NCBI GenBank assembly: GCA_947477885.1
Contig: CANJUD010000004.1
Location: 36,997 to 100,996, forward strand
From: Bacteroidota bacterium
GTDB taxonomy: Bacteria > Bacteroidota > Bacteroidia > UKL13-3
Direction: 5' to 3'
DNA length: 64,000 bases
Shown: piece by piece, positions 60,652-64,000 of the stretch
Numbering within the stretch: position 1 is the stretch's first letter
Layout of the letters: each line of letters starts with the position of its first letter
The notes under the pieces: model-generated
The model's database searches: none
Told to the model about the DNA's origin: nothing
The model's input: only the letters and a program-made list of their open reading frames with translations
Translations under genes and position numbers: made by a program

Positions 60652-61866
60652 ATGAACTTAAGCGAAAAAAAAATATTGCTTGGTATCACTGGCAGCATTG
60701 CAGCCTACAAGATACCTATGCTAATTAGGGAGTTGAAAAAGCAAGGTGCCGATGTAAAAGTTATCTGCACACACGATGCTTTAAATTTTGTTACAGCCCC
60801 TACCCTGTCTACATTATCATGCAATCCAGTGTATTCCGATTTTATTAAGAATGTAAATGGAGAATGGGCTAACCATGTAGATCTTGCACTGTGGGCTGAT
60901 ACTATATTAATAGCACCAGCAACTGCAAACACGATAGCTAAACTAGCCAACGGACAATCGGACAATTTGCTGATTGCAGCCGCAATGTCTGCCAGCTGCC
61001 CTATTATTGTTGCTCCTGCAATGGATCATGATATGTATATCTATCCAGCAACTCAAAATAATATCGCCAAGCTAAAATCTTATGGGCATTATATTATAAA
61101 TCCAGAACATGGAGAACTAGCCAGTGGTATTATAGGCGAAGGTCGTTTGCCAGAAGAACGCACTATCATAAACCATATACAGCAAGTATTAACAACTCCT
61201 AAAAAATTTACTGGAAACACCGTATTAATTACCGCGGGCCCTACACAGGAAGCTATTGACCCCGTGCGTTACATTAGCAACCATTCAACTGGAAAAATGG
61301 GGATTTCATTGGCAAAGGAATTTGCATTTCATGGAGCGAAAGTTATTTTTGTGCACGGGCCTATCTTCATGCAACCAAATTCGGTATTTGGAGGTCTAGA
61401 TATTGAAGCTATTGAGACTGTTGATGGCGAGCAAATGGATAAAGCGGTATCAAAATTCTTTAAATCTTCCGATATTTGTATTATGGCTGCGGCAGTTGCT
61501 GATTATAAACCCAATATTGTTTCTATCAAGAAGATAAAAAAGGGATCTGACACCGCGAAGTTAGAACTTGTTAAAACTACCGATATATTATATAACTTGG
61601 GTAAAAATAAAAAGAAAGGCCAAACACTTGTAGGATTTGCTCTTGAGACCGACCACGAAGAAAAAAATGCAATTTCGAAACTGCAGAAAAAAGACTTGGA
61701 TATGATAGTGTTGAATTCATTGAACAACAAAGGAGCTGGATTTAAATACAATACCAATCAGGTAACCATGATATGCAAAAACGGAGAGAAACTAAAAACA
61801 CCACTTAAAAATAAAAATGAAATAGCTCTGGATATTCTAAATCAAATTTATAAAATAAGGTTATGA
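60652..61866 (+). CDS. coaBC: Bifunctional phosphopantothenoylcysteine decarboxylase / phosphopantothenate-cysteine ligase
   Basis: Flavoprotein N-terminus (ILLGITGSIAAYK). DFP/CoaB C-terminal domain. Confidence 0.9.
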   Translation: MNLSEKKILLGITGSIAAYKIPMLIRELKKQGADVKVICTHDALNFVTAPTLSTLSCNPVYSDFIKNVNGEWANHVDLALWADTILIAPATANTIAKLANGQSDNLLIAAAMSASCPIIVAPAMDHDMYIYPATQNNIAKLKSYGHYIINPEHGELASGIIGEGRLPEERTIINHIQQVLTTPKKFTGNTVLITAGPTQEAIDPVRYISNHSTGKMGISLAKEFAFHGAKVIFVHGPIFMQPNSVFGGLDIEAIETVDGEQMDKAVSKFFKSSDICIMAAAVADYKPNIVSIKKIKKGSDTAKLELVKTTDILYNLGKNKKKGQTLVGFALETDHEEKNAISKLQKKDLDMIVLNSLNNKGAGFKYNTNQVTMICKNGEKLKTPLKNKNEIALDILNQIYKIRL

Positions 61867-62771
61867 AAAAATTGGTGCAACTATATATAGTGTTCGTGTC
61901 GTTATTGTGCAACAACGTAACTGCCCAAGAACTGAATGCAAAAGTTACCATCAATGCAGAAAAGTTAGGGACAGTGCCTGATAAAACAATTTTTAAAGAC
62001 ATGGAAAAGGCCATCACAGAATTTTTGAACAACAGGAAATGGACCAATGATCAATATCAATTAGTTGAACGAATTAACTGTACCTTTTTTATCAATTTAA
62101 CGGAGATGGCCACCGATGTTTTTAAAGCTGAAGTTGATATACAAAGTACGAGACCCATATATAATAGCAATTACACATCGGCCGTGTTTTTTACGCTTGA
62201 TAAGGATTGGTTATTTAAATATAGCCGGTATGAAAATTTGGAATTTAACGAAAATCAATTTAGCTCTAACTTTACCAGCATGCTCGCTTTCTACGCATAT
62301 GTTATTATTGGAATGGACTATGATAGTTATGCTTTAGAAGGCGGAACTTCTAATTTTATTAAAGCTCAGCAAATCGTAAACCAAGCTTCTACTGCATCTG
62401 AACCAGGATGGTTGTCATCAACAGGAACACAAAGTAAAAACCGCTATTGGCTTATCGAAAATTTACTTAATGCCAGATACAAACCATTTCATGAAGCAAT
62501 GAACCAATATTATCGCAAAGGAATGGACGAGATGCACAAAGACTTAGATGGTGCCCGCAAAGAAATTTCCAGTGCCCTTACCCAAATAAAAACTGTTTGG
62601 AAACTATCACCCAACCTTTTTTTATTACAGTTGTTTTTCTTTACCAAATCGGAAGAAATTGTGAACATTTATAAGGATGCATTGCCTGCAGACAAAAACA
62701 AAATAGTAGAATTGCTCAATGAGATAAATGTGCAAAATGCCACAAAATGGCAGCAGATATTGGGCAAATGA
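61863..62771 (+). CDS. DUF4835 family protein
   Basis: Signal peptide. ATGA overlap with the coaBC stop. Position matches the Bacteroidetes DUF4835 gene after coaBC. Confidence 0.55.
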   Translation: MKKLVQLYIVFVSLLCNNVTAQELNAKVTINAEKLGTVPDKTIFKDMEKAITEFLNNRKWTNDQYQLVERINCTFFINLTEMATDVFKAEVDIQSTRPIYNSNYTSAVFFTLDKDWLFKYSRYENLEFNENQFSSNFTSMLAFYAYVIIGMDYDSYALEGGTSNFIKAQQIVNQASTASEPGWLSSTGTQSKNRYWLIENLLNARYKPFHEAMNQYYRKGMDEMHKDLDGARKEISSALTQIKTVWKLSPNLFLLQLFFFTKSEEIVNIYKDALPADKNKIVELLNEINVQNATKWQQILGK

Positions 62772-62792
62772 TTTATTAAATAACTCCAGAAA

Positions 62793-63302
62793 ATGTATCT
62801 AAAATCAATATATTATACCATTTTGATTTTAGGTATATTAAGCGGTTCTTACACCCCTATCCATGCTCAAAAAGGGAAAAATAGCTCCTATCAAGAGTGG
62901 TTCAGTTTGGGTTATGGATACACTGCAAAGATTGGAAAGAACGACTTATTGGGAAACACTTTTGGCCCCTCGTTCAATATTAAACCTCGCAATACAAGTT
63001 ATATGCATCATATAGGTTTGCAATATACCAAAGCTTTTACGGGTGCATCTATATTGTCCATCGATTATGGATTGGGCTTACCCTATTTCAAATCCAATAA
63101 ATTCCTTATGTGGGGTATCACTGCCCTGTCGGTTCTTAAGGCAGAGCTTTACTACTCCAGTGCTGCTTATGTAGGTGTTAACCTAAAAGTAGGTGCGGCA
63201 TGGTTTTTTGTAAAAGAAGCGGGTGTGGGTATTGAGATTTTTTCCAATATCAATTCATTTCACAACATGCATGGTGCAAGGATTCTGCTAATACTGAAGT
63301 AG
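62793..63302 (+). CDS. Hypothetical small outer-membrane/secreted protein
   Basis: 169 aa, signal peptide, Gly/aromatic-rich beta-like sequence. Confidence 0.4.
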   Translation: MYLKSIYYTILILGILSGSYTPIHAQKGKNSSYQEWFSLGYGYTAKIGKNDLLGNTFGPSFNIKPRNTSYMHHIGLQYTKAFTGASILSIDYGLGLPYFKSNKFLMWGITALSVLKAELYYSSAAYVGVNLKVGAAWFFVKEAGVGIEIFSNINSFHNMHGARILLILK

Positions 63303-63477
63303 GATTTAGGGGTCAGGTTCCGAAGTTTCGGAACGGGATTCGGGGGGCTGACGCGACAATTGTTAGGCTCATTCAATATTTCGTCCCTATATGACTTTGC
63401 TATTAATCGCTATTTTTTTTCTACCGATATCACGTCGCGATGAGACTTCCCCTGTTACCTGTTATTTGTTAGATTTT

Positions 63478-63579
63478 TGCGTAATTCCCCGAATCCTGAC
63501 TACTGAATCCCGAATCCCATCTAGGTGTGTGTAGCCTGTGCGTAATTCCCTGAATCCCGAATTCTGAATCCCGAATCCC
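63478..63579. repeat. Two 41-bp direct repeats (GCGTAATTCCCyGAATCC...TGAATCCCGAATCCCA) separated by a 20-bp spacer
   Basis: Seen directly. Each unit contains three GAATCC sub-repeats. An inverted copy GGGATTCGGGG lies at 63334-63346. Confidence 0.7.
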
Positions 63580-63604
63580 AATCCATATCTTCGCAACCCA
63601 TAAA

Positions 63605-64000
63605 ATGTCAGAAATAACCTCTAAAGAAATTTTATTAAAACGTGTAAGGCAGGCGTTAGCGGAAAAGACCAAAAACCCTTTCCCCGATGTAGAATTGGAT
63701 TCTTCAGTATACCGCGAATTCGATACTGATTTGGCAGTAGAGTTTGCTGAAAACTACACACTAGCAAAAGGCTCATTTGTATATAATGTCCATATATTTG
63801 AAGCGATAGATAATTTTATTTCTTTAAATGAGAATAAACGATGGACCAAATTAGTTTGTAAGGATGATACGCTTACTAAAAGATTTGCTGATACAGGAAT
63901 CGAGTTTCAAAAGAATCATAAAAGTGGTGACTTTATAGATGCATTTGTTATTTCATGCGAATGCTTAGTGTCAAAAACAGGTTCAATAGTAATTAGCACC
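63605..64000 (+). CDS. LUD-domain (LutC/YkgG-like) protein, 5' part (runs off the window end)
   Basis: Open frame from the ATG at 63605 to the window end. N-terminus MSEITSKEILLKRVRQALAEK resembles LutC/YkgG-family proteins. Confidence 0.45.
   Translation, partial: MSEITSKEILLKRVRQALAEKTKNPFPDVELDSSVYREFDTDLAVEFAENYTLAKGSFVYNVHIFEAIDNFISLNENKRWTKLVCKDDTLTKRFADTGIEFQKNHKSGDFIDAFVISCECLVSKTGSIVIST

Noticed and set aside
63478-63579. Possible mini CRISPR array (two 41-bp repeats with a 20-bp spacer)
   Set aside because: Only two units, the spacer is too short, and the repeats are internally repetitive (GAATCC x3) rather than a CRISPR-like palindromic repeat. No cas genes nearby. Reported as a tandem repeat instead.

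Overview
This is an AT-rich chromosomal segment that looks like it comes from a Bacteroidota genome (Sphingobacteriia/Chitinophagia-like). The evidence is T9SS C-terminal sorting-domain and PorE-like proteins, the conserved bamD–rpoZ–coaBC–DUF4835 order, lipoprotein-rich secretome genes, and a Bacteroidetes-type TAnnTTTG -7 box. About 60 genes, mostly housekeeping:
- pdxH, an HMG-CoA lyase, an LpxL-like acyltransferase, acpH, yhhQ, a DnaQ-like exonuclease, an HEMGH zinc metalloprotease, a GlcD-like FAD oxidase;
- hmgA, rluA, lgt, fur, an M13 peptidase, mpl, clpB;
- tamB, tsaD, asmA, ispE, sua5, an RfaE-domain-I kinase, an aminotransferase, cmk, NlpC/P60, bamD, rpoZ, coaBC.

The most unusual region is a ~4.6 kb integrase-less insertion at the 3' end of clpB (34.4–39.25 kb). 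It is bracketed by an imperfect ~125 bp direct repeat whose downstream copy is a relic ClpB C-terminus. Its cargo is two overlapping operons:
- a PD-(D/E)xK-like protein, a WYL-domain regulator and an unknown 203-aa protein;
- a fused XRE-HTH/ImmA-IrrE metallopeptidase and a PIN-like (DUF4411-type) protein.
A paralog of the PD-(D/E)xK protein sits alone next to ispE.

Other items:
- an intact hicB antitoxin followed by a decayed hicA;
- a candidate SRP RNA in the 380 bp mpl–CHAP intergenic region;
- a CxxCH cytochrome c lipoprotein with no canonical start codon;
- several families of intergenic palindromic repeats.
No tRNA, rRNA or CRISPR array was found.
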